53,737 bases of DNA, from positions 1 through 53,737 of the IMG/VR virus record IMGVR_UViG_3300045988_128558, one strand, 5' to 3'. The notes beneath the pieces are model-generated. The model was not told the origin of the DNA. It saw nothing but the letters and a program-made list of their open reading frames with translations, and made no database searches. Within the stretch, counting starts at the first letter, position 1; each line of letters starts with the position of its first letter. The stretch is from a virus. Position numbers and translations under genes: made by a program. Of this stretch, positions 15,022 to 23,789 are shown piece by piece.

Positions 15022-16563
15022 TTGCTGATTTCAAGCGACCTCATCGGGGAGCCCGGCTCGGACGCCTGGTGGATGAACCGCCTCGGCACCATCATGTCCG
15101 CGCGCACCCCGCACGTGTACCGGATGCTGGAGTGGTATTTCGGTAACGCACCCATGCCCGACCTGGACGCGATGGTGGACGACAAGACGGCGGCGGCGTA
15201 CAAGCGCCTGGTGAAGCTGTCCCGCATGAACCTGGCGTCCCTGCTGGTGGATGCGCGCCTACCCCGTATGCGACTGAGCGGCGCGCGCACTACGGCGGAC
15301 GACTCCCCGAACGGTGATGACGTGGTGGCGGAGCTACTACGTGAGCAGAACTTGAACGTGAAGCTTCGCCTGGCGTGGCGCGATGCGCTGGTCACCGGCA
15401 AGGGTTACATCGTCTCGACGGTGGGCGGCATGATGCACTCATCCCCCCTGAACACGGTGTGCGTGACTGATTCGTTCGGTAACGTGGCGGCGGCGATGAC
15501 GGTCTACGTTGATGAGATGACTCAGGAGAACGTGCTTCTGCTGGCGCGCCCTGGGTACGTCCGCGAGGCGCGCTCCTCGACCGGAATGTGCGTGCTACCG
15601 AACGCTATTTACGAAGCGAAGAACGGCGGCGCGTTCAAGCCCGGATTGTTCGCTAACGAGGACGCTAAGGTGTGGTCGATGATGGCCGACCGATGGGAGC
15701 TTGGCGAGCCTTCCCCCACGGGGACTGAGGGTGTGCCGGTCTACGAGTTCGCTTATGATCGCGGTCTGCTCAAGAAGCACGAGGCGTCGATGCTGCGCAT
15801 CAACCAGATTCTCCTGCAACGCAGTGTCATCTTCGCTACGCAGGCGTTCAAGCAGCAGGTCATCCTCGACGCGCCCATGACTGACGAGAGTGGCAGCCCC
15901 ATTGACTACTCGAAGATTCAGATGGATAACTCCCCCGGCTCGCTATGGTTCCTGCCCCGAGGCGCTAAGTTCTGGGAGTCGTCCACGGCTGACACCTCCC
16001 CGATGCAGGAGGCGCTACAGGACGAACTGCGCAACCTGGCCGGTGAGTCCCGTACTCCGCTGTTCATGCTGAGCTCTGACTCGGTGAACGCATCGAGTGA
16101 GGGTGCGTCCGCACAGCGCGAGCTTCTGGCGTTCGACATCGAGGAGCTGGAGGATTTGTTCACCGAAACGTTGAAGCGCCTGATCTCGGATGCACTGATT
16201 GCGCGCGGTGAGACGGATCGTGCAGACCGTGCGCAGATGCGCATCGAGTGGGTGGACCCGCGCCGCCCGTCCCAGCTGGAGCGAGCAACGGCTATCGCGG
16301 CAGCGACCGGAGCGGGTATCCCCCTGGACACGGCTCTGCGCAAGTTCGGCGGCTTCACCCCCGATGAGGTGGAGGAGACGATGCGTGAGGTTGGCGTGGG
16401 CAAGCTCATCGACACGCTCTCCTCGAACGTCGCGCCTCTGGAGAATCCGTACCCAGAGGTAACCCCCGGCAAGGAGGAGTCCCCGGCAAGTAGCACGGAG
16501 GTTGTGGACACTGCGGTGAACTTCTCTCCCGACGCTAACCGCATCTCGAAGACGGGCGCATAA
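15022..16563 (+). CDS. portal protein (513 aa)
   Basis: TTG start 8 nt after AGGAG. The call rests on position directly after terL and on size. Confidence 0.75.
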   Translation: MLISSDLIGEPGSDAWWMNRLGTIMSARTPHVYRMLEWYFGNAPMPDLDAMVDDKTAAAYKRLVKLSRMNLASLLVDARLPRMRLSGARTTADDSPNGDDVVAELLREQNLNVKLRLAWRDALVTGKGYIVSTVGGMMHSSPLNTVCVTDSFGNVAAAMTVYVDEMTQENVLLLARPGYVREARSSTGMCVLPNAIYEAKNGGAFKPGLFANEDAKVWSMMADRWELGEPSPTGTEGVPVYEFAYDRGLLKKHEASMLRINQILLQRSVIFATQAFKQQVILDAPMTDESGSPIDYSKIQMDNSPGSLWFLPRGAKFWESSTADTSPMQEALQDELRNLAGESRTPLFMLSSDSVNASSEGASAQRELLAFDIEELEDLFTETLKRLISDALIARGETDRADRAQMRIEWVDPRRPSQLERATAIAAATGAGIPLDTALRKFGGFTPDEVEETMREVGVGKLIDTLSSNVAPLENPYPEVTPGKEESPASSTEVVDTAVNFSPDANRISKTGA

Positions 16564-16565
16564 CC

Positions 16566-17555
16566 ATGACCACGATGGGAGATGTCGCCAACGGCAAGTC
16601 CGCGCGCACCCGCTCCCTGGTGGATGCGCTCGTGCGCTGGCTCTTCAATCTGTGGGAGTCACACACGGATTTCAGCGACGCGGGAACAGCTGAGCTGATT
16701 CGCGATTCGGTGGATGCCGTGGAGGAAACGCTGGTGCGCGCTCGCCAGGAGGAGGACGCATACCAGGAGGTTGTGTTGCGCGCGCTTGGTCGTCGGTTCC
16801 CTGACGGCGTGCCGCCTGCGGACCGTGAGCTGTACCCGCGTCAGAACAAGATCCCGGAGGAGGTGTGGGCGCGCCCTGTCTTCGTTTACCGCAAGGCACG
16901 GCAGGAAGGGGCGAGCCCTGCAGAGGCGAAGTTGCGCGCGCTCGGGCGAGTGCGTGAGCTGGCAGAAGCAGATATTAAAATGGCTCAGCGCGAGCGCGCC
17001 TCCCGCATCCTACAGTCTGCCGCCCCGCAGGGGGTTATCGGCTATCGCCGCATCATCCACCCGGAGCGTTCCAAGACGGGTACCTGCGGTCTGTGCCTGG
17101 TGGCGGCGAACCGTGTCTATTCCACCGGCGAGCTGTACCCACTGCACACAGGGTGCCAGTGCGAGGTTCTGCCCATCACCGAGGAGCACGACCCCGGCTT
17201 GCACCTGAACCGCGAGGACTTGGACGCTATCTACCGCATCGCAGGCTCCACCGGAGCGAGCGACCTATCGAACACACGAATCAAGGAGTACGTCTCGGGT
17301 GAGTGGGGGTCGGTGCTGCGCAAGCACGACCGCTCCACGGCTTCGGGTCTGTCCCCGAGGGACGAGAAGTTCGCCCTGCCCGAGGAGGATGCACAGCGCT
17401 ACTCGCGGGTGTCCGACCCGGAGCGTATGGTGCGCCGTCTGAACAAGTCGCGCAGTGAGCTTGAGGGGTGGGAGTCACGCCGAGGCTCCGCGTCCCGGTC
17501 GCGCAAGAGCAACCTGGAGAAGACGCTGGAGTACTGGGAGAAGATGGCAGGATGA
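16566..17555 (+). CDS. MuF-like (SPP1 gp7 family) minor capsid / head morphogenesis protein (329 aa)
   Basis: Follows the portal gene. It contains the family-typical C-proximal motif ...CGLC...PLHTGCQCEVLPI. Confidence 0.7.
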   Translation: MTTMGDVANGKSARTRSLVDALVRWLFNLWESHTDFSDAGTAELIRDSVDAVEETLVRARQEEDAYQEVVLRALGRRFPDGVPPADRELYPRQNKIPEEVWARPVFVYRKARQEGASPAEAKLRALGRVRELAEADIKMAQRERASRILQSAAPQGVIGYRRIIHPERSKTGTCGLCLVAANRVYSTGELYPLHTGCQCEVLPITEEHDPGLHLNREDLDAIYRIAGSTGASDLSNTRIKEYVSGEWGSVLRKHDRSTASGLSPRDEKFALPEEDAQRYSRVSDPERMVRRLNKSRSELEGWESRRGSASRSRKSNLEKTLEYWEKMAG

Positions 17556-17941
17556 TTACTCTAGTCACGGGCGCCCCGGCTTCGGGAAAGAGTACCTATG
17601 TGCGGTATCACGCGAAGCCTGGCGATGTTATCATAGACTTGGACAAAATCAAGGAGTTTGCGCGCGGAGACGAAAAGTTGGCGGCGCGGCTCCGTACAGC
17701 GTTTGAGAACCGGATGCACACCCTCACTCAGGATGTGTGGGTGGTCCGAACCCTCACGAACCCGGCGGACCGGGAGCTCTACATTCGCAGGCATCACGTG
17801 GCGCGGGTGGTAGAGTTGCGTGCGCCGGGGGAGATTCTTCATTCCCGAGCAAGAGGGCGTGGGGACTCCCAGGAAGTTCACGAGGTCATCGACCGCTGGC
17901 TTGACCAGAACCCCGGAACGGGGAGCACACCGGAAAGGTAA
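17552..17941 (+). CDS. P-loop NTPase / small kinase-like protein (129 aa)
   Basis: ORF 17468..17941 trimmed to the ATG at 17552, which overlaps the MuF stop (ATGA). The N-terminal Walker A is MITLVTGAPASGKST. Confidence 0.7.
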   Translation: MITLVTGAPASGKSTYVRYHAKPGDVIIDLDKIKEFARGDEKLAARLRTAFENRMHTLTQDVWVVRTLTNPADRELYIRRHHVARVVELRAPGEILHSRARGRGDSQEVHEVIDRWLDQNPGTGSTPER

Positions 17942-17943
17942 TC

Positions 17944-18510
17944 ATGGAGAACGAAGCAAACTTCACTATCGAACCGGAGCCCAAGGCGGTAGACATCTCC
18001 CAGGTCGGAGAACAGCTCGGCAAGGAAGAAGACGCACCCAAGGGTGGCACGGATTGGAAGCATCACTCCCGGACCTGGGAGCAGCGCGCTAAGGACTCGG
18101 CACGAAAGGTGAAGGAATTGGAAGACGCACTAGCAGCACAGAGTGCAAGCACAGACGCGACTGACCAGCTGGCAGCATTGCAGGCGAAGGTCGCGTCGCT
18201 AGAGGCTGACGTGGCCGAGAAGGAGTTCGACAACCTCTTCAACCAGGCTATTCAGTCGTCGGGTGCATTGCATCTGGCAGGGCTCAAGGAAGGACTCAAC
18301 CGAGAAGCCTTCCGCGCCGAGGACGGTTCGTGGGATTCGGGGAAGCTGAACGCCTACATCTCCGGTCTGGTGCCTGCTGCCGCTACTCCCGCTCCTGTTT
18401 CTCCTGGACTCCCGCAGAACTTCTCGCAGGGTGCGACCCCCTCCACTAAGGATGAGGTCGCCTCTGCTAAGCATCTTGCGGGTGTTATGAAGCAGAAGAA
18501 TCTCAAATAG
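17944..18510 (+). CDS. capsid scaffolding protein (188 aa)
   Basis: Acidic and Ala/Glu/Leu-rich with coiled-coil character. It lies upstream of the major capsid gene. Confidence 0.7.
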   Translation: MENEANFTIEPEPKAVDISQVGEQLGKEEDAPKGGTDWKHHSRTWEQRAKDSARKVKELEDALAAQSASTDATDQLAALQAKVASLEADVAEKEFDNLFNQAIQSSGALHLAGLKEGLNREAFRAEDGSWDSGKLNAYISGLVPAAATPAPVSPGLPQNFSQGATPSTKDEVASAKHLAGVMKQKNLK

Positions 18511-18522
18511 AAAGAGGCAAAC

Positions 18523-18924
18523 ATGCCCCGCATCAAGCGTGTGGATTACCGCATGTCTGGTCCGAGCTGGCTGCTGGAAGGCAAGGCACGCGACCACGGC
18601 CAGACCGCGATTTACGATCCCGCAAACTTTACTGAGGTGATCGCCAAGTACAAGTGCATCCCCTCGGGTTACCCTGTGCTCTTCGATGCACGCGGTAATA
18701 TCACCCCCATCACCGCAGCGAACGAGACTCCCGATGCACTGGTCATCTGGGATCAGAGCGCTAAGCCTGGCACTGGTAAGCAGGAAGTCGCTGTCCTGGT
18801 TCACGGCGCTGTCTACCACCACCGCCTGCCCAAGGTTATTGTCGGCGGCGAGGAGAAGGTTCTCGAAGTGGATAAGACCAAGAAGACCCCGCTGATTTAC
18901 CTGTACAAGGAGGCTGACAACTAA
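18523..18924 (+). CDS. head decoration-like protein (133 aa)
   Basis: Small gene between the scaffold and major capsid genes, coupled to the capsid gene (TAATG). The arrangement resembles lambda gpD/gpE; the call is by synteny. Confidence 0.5.
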   Translation: MPRIKRVDYRMSGPSWLLEGKARDHGQTAIYDPANFTEVIAKYKCIPSGYPVLFDARGNITPITAANETPDALVIWDQSAKPGTGKQEVAVLVHGAVYHHRLPKVIVGGEEKVLEVDKTKKTPLIYLYKEADN

Positions 18925-19964
18925 TGGCTGAGCTGTGGCATGACGCCGTAACCCCCCGCGAGCTGACCCTCGCGGTGCGCGACTTCGCAGGCGAGTACCT
19001 GGAGGCTGAGCGTAAGAACGGCCACCTGACCTCCTACCTGCCGGAGATTCAGGTACCTTCTGACTCTGTATCTCTGTCTGCGCTGGCTCCCTCCCGACAG
19101 GGTATGGCGCTGAACCGTGCGCTGGACGCTGAGACTACCCGCGGTTCCTCCGTGGCGGCACGCAAGATGTCGTTCGACCTGCCGAACCTGTCCCACGCGG
19201 TGCCTATCTCCGAAGCCCAGCTGCTCGCGGCTGGTCTGGGTACGTCCCCCTTCGCGGAGAACTACATCGCGGACGCGGCTGTGGCAACCTTCAAGGCTAT
19301 TGACGCTACCCTGGAGTGGCAGCGTGGTCGCGCGCTGACCACCGGCAAGACCCCGCTGATTTACCCCGGCGGCCAGATTCTTGAGGACGATTGGGGCCGC
19401 GACGCGCGTATGTCCGTCACCGCTACCCAGCTGTGGAGCGACCCGAACGCGCCGGTGCTTGACCACCTGCGCGATTTCGTGGAGGCATACCGCCTGGTGA
19501 ACTTCACCGAGCCGGGTACCCTGGTCATCTCTAAGAAGATTCGTGACCTGCTGCTGCGCAACAACCAGATCTTCAAGATGATCTACGGTACCAACGCTAC
19601 TGCGCTGGCTGGCATCATCATTGGTATGGATGCTGTGAACCAGGTTCTCAACGTAGTTGGTCTTCCCACCGTCGTTGTGTACGACCGCATCGTTCGTAAC
19701 CCGGAGGGTGTGGACGTGCGAGTGCTTGACGAGGATCGCATTTACATGCTTCCGTCTGAAGGCTCTACCGATATGGGCGCGACCTTCTGGGGTCCCACCG
19801 CTACCTCGCTGGCTCTGGGTTGGAACCCTGCAGAGGGCGCAGGCATCTTCACTGGTATGCGTCGTAACAACACCATCCCCGTTGTCACTGAGGTTGTCTC
19901 GGACGCACTGGCTATGCCCGCGCTCCACAACCCGAACCTGGCCTTCACCGCTAAGGTTCTCTAG
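18924..19964 (+). CDS. major capsid protein (346 aa)
   Basis: Position after the scaffold and decoration genes, appropriate size and strong codon-like composition. A 335-aa antisense ORF here is rejected. Confidence 0.8.
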   Translation: MAELWHDAVTPRELTLAVRDFAGEYLEAERKNGHLTSYLPEIQVPSDSVSLSALAPSRQGMALNRALDAETTRGSSVAARKMSFDLPNLSHAVPISEAQLLAAGLGTSPFAENYIADAAVATFKAIDATLEWQRGRALTTGKTPLIYPGGQILEDDWGRDARMSVTATQLWSDPNAPVLDHLRDFVEAYRLVNFTEPGTLVISKKIRDLLLRNNQIFKMIYGTNATALAGIIIGMDAVNQVLNVVGLPTVVVYDRIVRNPEGVDVRVLDEDRIYMLPSEGSTDMGATFWGPTATSLALGWNPAEGAGIFTGMRRNNTIPVVTEVVSDALAMPALHNPNLAFTAKVL

Positions 19965-20140
19965 TGGCTAAGGCAGCGGATACCCTGTACATCGCTGGTC
20001 GGTTCATCCTGGCTGGCGAAGAGATCCCTGCCGAGCTGGTCCCCCTCATCACCAACCCCGGTGCTATTGAGGGGGACATCACCGCTCCGGCAAGGTCGCG
20101 AAAGCCGCGTACCAAGAAGGAACCCGTAGAGGAGGCGTAG
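19964..20140 (+). CDS. small hypothetical protein (58 aa, MAKAADTLYIAGRFILAGEEIP...)
   Basis: Hand-translated and below the track cutoff. The GTG overlaps the capsid TAG (taGTG), and its own TAG overlaps the next GTG, so it fills the gap exactly. Confidence 0.5.
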   Translation: MAKAADTLYIAGRFILAGEEIPAELVPLITNPGAIEGDITAPARSRKPRTKKEPVEEA

Positions 20141-20580
20141 TGGCTAATTTGGTCATCACCCGAGAAGAAGTTGAGCTAGAGCTGGGCGACTTGCCGTTGG
20201 CTCGTTCCCTCGACCTTATCGAGGGAAAGATCAAGGCCGCTATCGCAACCCTCCGCGGAGTCTGCCCTCGCGTGGACCGCTTGCTTGCATCCGACGCACC
20301 GCTGAGCGAAGTCGATGAGCTGAACATCAAAACTGCGGTCATCAACTCTGTCAGTCGTTTCATGCGAAACGATATGTCCGGGTACCGCAAGGAGGAAGAG
20401 TCCAGCTACGCCTACGAGCGCGACCCGCTGTGGTCGAGCGCGAACCTATGGTTCACCGACTTGGAGCTCAAGGCGCTCAAGTGCAACAGCATCGACGGGT
20501 GTACCGCCTTCGGTACCATCCGCACCACCCTCTCGGAGCCTTACGCTTCTGGGTGGGGTTTCTCTGGTGGGTGGTGCTGA
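20140..20580 (+). CDS. head-tail connector / adaptor protein (146 aa)
   Basis: Synteny after the capsid gene, with gp6-like size and an N-terminal helical region. Confidence 0.6.
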   Translation: MANLVITREEVELELGDLPLARSLDLIEGKIKAAIATLRGVCPRVDRLLASDAPLSEVDELNIKTAVINSVSRFMRNDMSGYRKEEESSYAYERDPLWSSANLWFTDLELKALKCNSIDGCTAFGTIRTTLSEPYASGWGFSGGWC

Positions 20581-21059
20581 TGAGCCTGGTTACCAATCCC
20601 CGGCATGTGGTGAAGGTGTACCCGGCAATCAAGAAGATGATGCCTGATGGCGGTGGCGGCATTGGCTGGTCGGACGAGCCGTTGCTTATCCGGGGCAATG
20701 TTCAGCCGCTTGCTAGTGATAACTTGAACCGTACCGCCTCGACCCGTGATGAGTATTATGGCGAAACGTTGGCGACTACGGCGGTTATTACGACCCCACC
20801 CGGCACGTGGGATAAGGCGCGGCAGTCCCTCCCCGAGGAGTTGCGCGAGGGTTTCCCCATCGACGCGCTGGTGGTGTTCGATCCCAACCAGTACACCACT
20901 GTGCTTGGGGTGCGAACCCCAACGGGCGGGCCGCCGTTGGTCTACCAGATCAACGCGCGCGAGGTTCTGTTCCGTATGGGGCGACACACCCAGCACGATA
21001 AGGTTTCTTTGTATCGCGGCAATGATATTCACCGTAAGTTCCTGGAAGGAAAGGTCTAA
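20580..21059 (+). CDS. head closure / head-tail joining protein (159 aa)
   Basis: ORF 20430..21059 trimmed to the ATG at 20580, which overlaps the upstream TGA. The call is by synteny. Confidence 0.6.
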   Translation: MSLVTNPRHVVKVYPAIKKMMPDGGGGIGWSDEPLLIRGNVQPLASDNLNRTASTRDEYYGETLATTAVITTPPGTWDKARQSLPEELREGFPIDALVVFDPNQYTTVLGVRTPTGGPPLVYQINAREVLFRMGRHTQHDKVSLYRGNDIHRKFLEGKV

Positions 21060-21568
21060 TGGCACGACGAGACGGAATCGAGCTGTACGACTCCAACGCC
21101 CGGCACATCAGTAGCCGGTTGTCCATCCAGACCACCATCCTAGATGACGTGGCTGACGACATCCGACGCGAAGCGCGTCGCGCGGCGATGCCGTATCGAA
21201 AGAGCATCGGGGACTCGTATGTCGATCACTTCAAGGTGAAGACTGACCGCTATACCGGCAAGGGTCGCCACAAGCAGTACCCGGTGTACGACCGACTGGT
21301 GGTCAATGACCACTACGCGGCACACATCGTGGAGCTGGGTATCGGCAAGGACGTTATTCACTTCTCGGACGGACGCGAGCAGGAGGTTACGGAGCTGCAG
21401 CGCGGTCACTTCTTCCTGACCGGCGCGGCCGCAAAGGTGGTAGGAATGAAGAAGCTTCGCCGTCCCCGTCCTGCACTGCGACCGGCAGATTGGGACAAGC
21501 GCGATGCACGCCGCGAGATCAACAAGGGCACTGGCTTCCGTCACAACGTTCTGCGAAAGGGCAAGTGA
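21059..21568 (+). CDS. HK97 gp10-like neck / tail-completion protein (169 aa)
   Basis: TAATG coupling, with position and size typical of this slot. Confidence 0.55.
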   Translation: MARRDGIELYDSNARHISSRLSIQTTILDDVADDIRREARRAAMPYRKSIGDSYVDHFKVKTDRYTGKGRHKQYPVYDRLVVNDHYAAHIVELGIGKDVIHFSDGREQEVTELQRGHFFLTGAAAKVVGMKKLRRPRPALRPADWDKRDARREINKGTGFRHNVLRKGK

Positions 21569-22002
21569 TGGAACCTGCAAACTCGGCGGTGTGGCTTCAT
21601 ACCGTGCTCGAACGAGCGTTCCCCGGCCACGTCATCAAAGACGTCGGCTCGGGGGAGCTTCCCGAATGGTACATCCAGCAGCACGAGATGATGTCCTCCT
21701 TCGATGAGGTGGACGCGGAGGATACGCTCAGTATCTCCCGCCGAAGCTTCCGACTGCGCGTGTACGCGCCGACTTCATTCGAGGCGACGCAGCACGCATC
21801 CCGCGCTATCGGCGCGGTGCGGCAGGCTGTCAAGGACCAGGTAACCGCTGGCGGCCTCACCGGATGGTCTTTCTCCCTGTGGCAGGCGCCCGTGGAGAAC
21901 TTCAAGGTCACGTCCATTAAGGCGACCATCGGAGCGCAGGTAGACTGCTCATTCTCTGTGAAGTTCCTGCACACCTTCGATGAGCTTTTTGGGCTTGGCT
22001 AA
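21568..22002 (+). CDS. tail terminator protein (144 aa)
   Basis: ORF 21490..22002 trimmed to the ATG at 21568, which overlaps the upstream TGA. It is the last gene before the major tail protein. Confidence 0.55.
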   Translation: MEPANSAVWLHTVLERAFPGHVIKDVGSGELPEWYIQQHEMMSSFDEVDAEDTLSISRRSFRLRVYAPTSFEATQHASRAIGAVRQAVKDQVTAGGLTGWSFSLWQAPVENFKVTSIKATIGAQVDCSFSVKFLHTFDELFGLG

Positions 22003-22026
22003 AACACTAATTAGAAAGGATTTCTT

Positions 22027-22749
22027 GTGGCTCGTCATAAGAACTACGACCCGGCTGATGTAGTCGGCGTGAACTGGGCAACCGTTCTGGTTGGCACTAA
22101 GGGTCCGGCAACCCCGTTCCCGGACATCAGCAACTTCAAGTTTGAGGATGCTACGACCTATCCGACTGGCTTCGTCCCCATCGGTCTGACTTCGCGAGAA
22201 AGCCTCCCGTCAGTCACTACCGACGGCGGCGAAGAGACTGTCCTGGACACCGCGGAGATGAAGAACGTGGAGTCGCTGACTTCCGGTAAGTCCTTCTCCA
22301 TCGCGTTCACCGTTCACTCCCTCAACAAGAACACCCTCAAGATCGCGTTCGGCGGCGGCAAGGACGAGTCCCAGCATGTTAAGGGCTCTGGCACCAACAC
22401 CCAGATTATTCAGGGCATCAGCTCGGGCGACAACTCGCTTGAGCTCCCGGTTCTGATTATCTACTCCGGCGGCGGTAAGAACGTCGGCCTGTACTGGCCC
22501 CGTGTCAAGGTCAGTGGTGGTACTCTTGCGGATGTCTCGATGGAGTCGCTGATGGCTCTGAACTTCACCGGCAAGATGCTACAGCCCACTACTGAACACC
22601 TCAAGGAGATTACCAAGGTGTTCACCCCCGGCGGCTCGCACGAAGGATTCCTTATCAAGCCTTCCGCTTCTGCGGTGACCGCAAACGCGGTTGTGGCACT
22701 GGAGGGCGGCGACCCCGTATCTCCGGTATCGCCGGTACCGGGCGGCTAA
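22027..22749 (+). CDS. major tail protein (240 aa)
   Basis: GTG start after AGAAAGGA. It sits immediately upstream of the G/GT chaperone pair and is followed by a strong terminator. Confidence 0.75.
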   Translation: MARHKNYDPADVVGVNWATVLVGTKGPATPFPDISNFKFEDATTYPTGFVPIGLTSRESLPSVTTDGGEETVLDTAEMKNVESLTSGKSFSIAFTVHSLNKNTLKIAFGGGKDESQHVKGSGTNTQIIQGISSGDNSLELPVLIIYSGGGKNVGLYWPRVKVSGGTLADVSMESLMALNFTGKMLQPTTEHLKEITKVFTPGGSHEGFLIKPSASAVTANAVVALEGGDPVSPVSPVPGG

Positions 22750-22787
22750 TACGTAGCGCCTCTACGGGCAAGAGACGCTATAATAAT

Positions 22788-22820
22788 GGGAGCAGAGATT
22801 CGTCTCTGCTCCCATTTTCT
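22788..22820 (+). terminator. intrinsic terminator after the major tail gene
   Basis: gggagcagaga-ttcg-tctctgctccc (11-bp stem) followed by attttct. Confidence 0.8.
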
Positions 22821-22842
22821 ATGTACATGAAAGGACGGATCC

Positions 22843-23253
22843 TTGACTGAGATCAACCCCTCGCTTCCCCCCGTCTACGCTGACCAGCTGGCGGAGCTTC
22901 ACACCCCCGAGCAGGCAGATGCTATCGCGCTCGCCGCTGCTGCCGAGAACACCCCGGCACCCGCTGAGGAGCCTAAGAGCTACCTCGAACTGCCCGGCCA
23001 CGACCTGCTGATTCCGCTGGAGAAGCTAAAGACTAGCGACAGCTTCCGACTCTACGGCGCGTTCTCTGTTGTGCTGGAGCATGACACTCAGTCGGCACAG
23101 ATGTTTGCCCTGGCAGACTTCCTGGATGAGAACGCCTCGAAGTTCATCTCGGCTGAGCGCCTGGCAGATTGGGAGTCCTTCGCTGTCGCAAAGAACAACA
23201 ACGAAGTTCTCGACCTGCTCATGGCCTACTTCGCAGAAATGGGAAACGACTAA
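22843..23253 (+). CDS. tail assembly chaperone (gpG-like, 136 aa)
   Basis: TTG start after GAAAGGACGG. It lies between the major tail and tape measure genes and has a slippery site near its 3' end. Confidence 0.75.
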   Translation: MTEINPSLPPVYADQLAELHTPEQADAIALAAAAENTPAPAEEPKSYLELPGHDLLIPLEKLKTSDSFRLYGAFSVVLEHDTQSAQMFALADFLDENASKFISAERLADWESFAVAKNNNEVLDLLMAYFAEMGND

Positions 23254-23738
23254 AGCTTCTTCGCCTCGCGCGACGGGAACCGAGCCTCGCTGCTGATTTC
23301 CTTGTCCTCTACGGTATCAACCTAGAGGAAGAAGCAATGCGTCTGCCCGCCTACATAGGTGGAGCGCTCCTCAAGCGCCTGACCTTCGAGCCCCGCTCGA
23401 TGTTCCGGCACGAGGTGCGATTCGAGGTTCTGCAGGACGAGCGTGATATGCCGGAACCCCCGGATTTGAGGACGGAAGCCGAGAAGGAGCGTGCGCAATA
23501 CGACGCACTATTCGGCTACGGCCTCACGGAGCAGCGCCTAACTTGGATTCTGGAGCGGCTGATGTCGTTCCAGGCAATGTACTTCTCGGCTAACTCGCCC
23601 AAGGGTGCCCGCCAGATGGAGCGGGACGAGATTCCCACGCCGGATAAGCTAGTCACGAAGAAGCGCAAACCTACGCCTACCGATTTGCTCAGGCTATACT
23701 ACGGAGGCGAGGAAGAAGATGACGAGCCCGCGGCCTAA
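22843..23738 (+). CDS. tail assembly chaperone -1 frameshift fusion (gpGT-like, about 298 aa)
   Basis: After a -1 slip at 23241-23247 the reading frame becomes that of ORF 23169..23738 (...EMGN|RLKLLRLARREP...). That ORF has no plausible start or RBS of its own. Confidence 0.7.
23241..23247 (+). promoter_or_regulatory. -1 programmed frameshift heptamer G_GGA_AAC
   Basis: X_XXY_YYZ pattern in the zero frame (atG GGA AAC), two codons before the gpG-like stop (TAA 23251-23253). Confidence 0.7.
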
Positions 23739-23789
23739 CCTCTCCGGTTGGCAGGCGGGCTCGTCTGTGTATGAGAGTAAGGAGGATAC

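Noticed and set aside
18921-19928. 335-aa minus-strand ORF antisense to the major capsid gene
   Set aside because: It lies wholly inside a well-supported plus-strand gene. It has an Arg/Gly/Val/His-rich composition typical of antisense frames in GC-rich DNA and no RBS.
23169-23738. 189-aa ORF as an independent gene
   Set aside because: The first 26 codons overlap the chaperone gene and there is no RBS. The frame is reached exactly by a -1 slip at G_GGA_AAC, so it is annotated as the frameshift extension.
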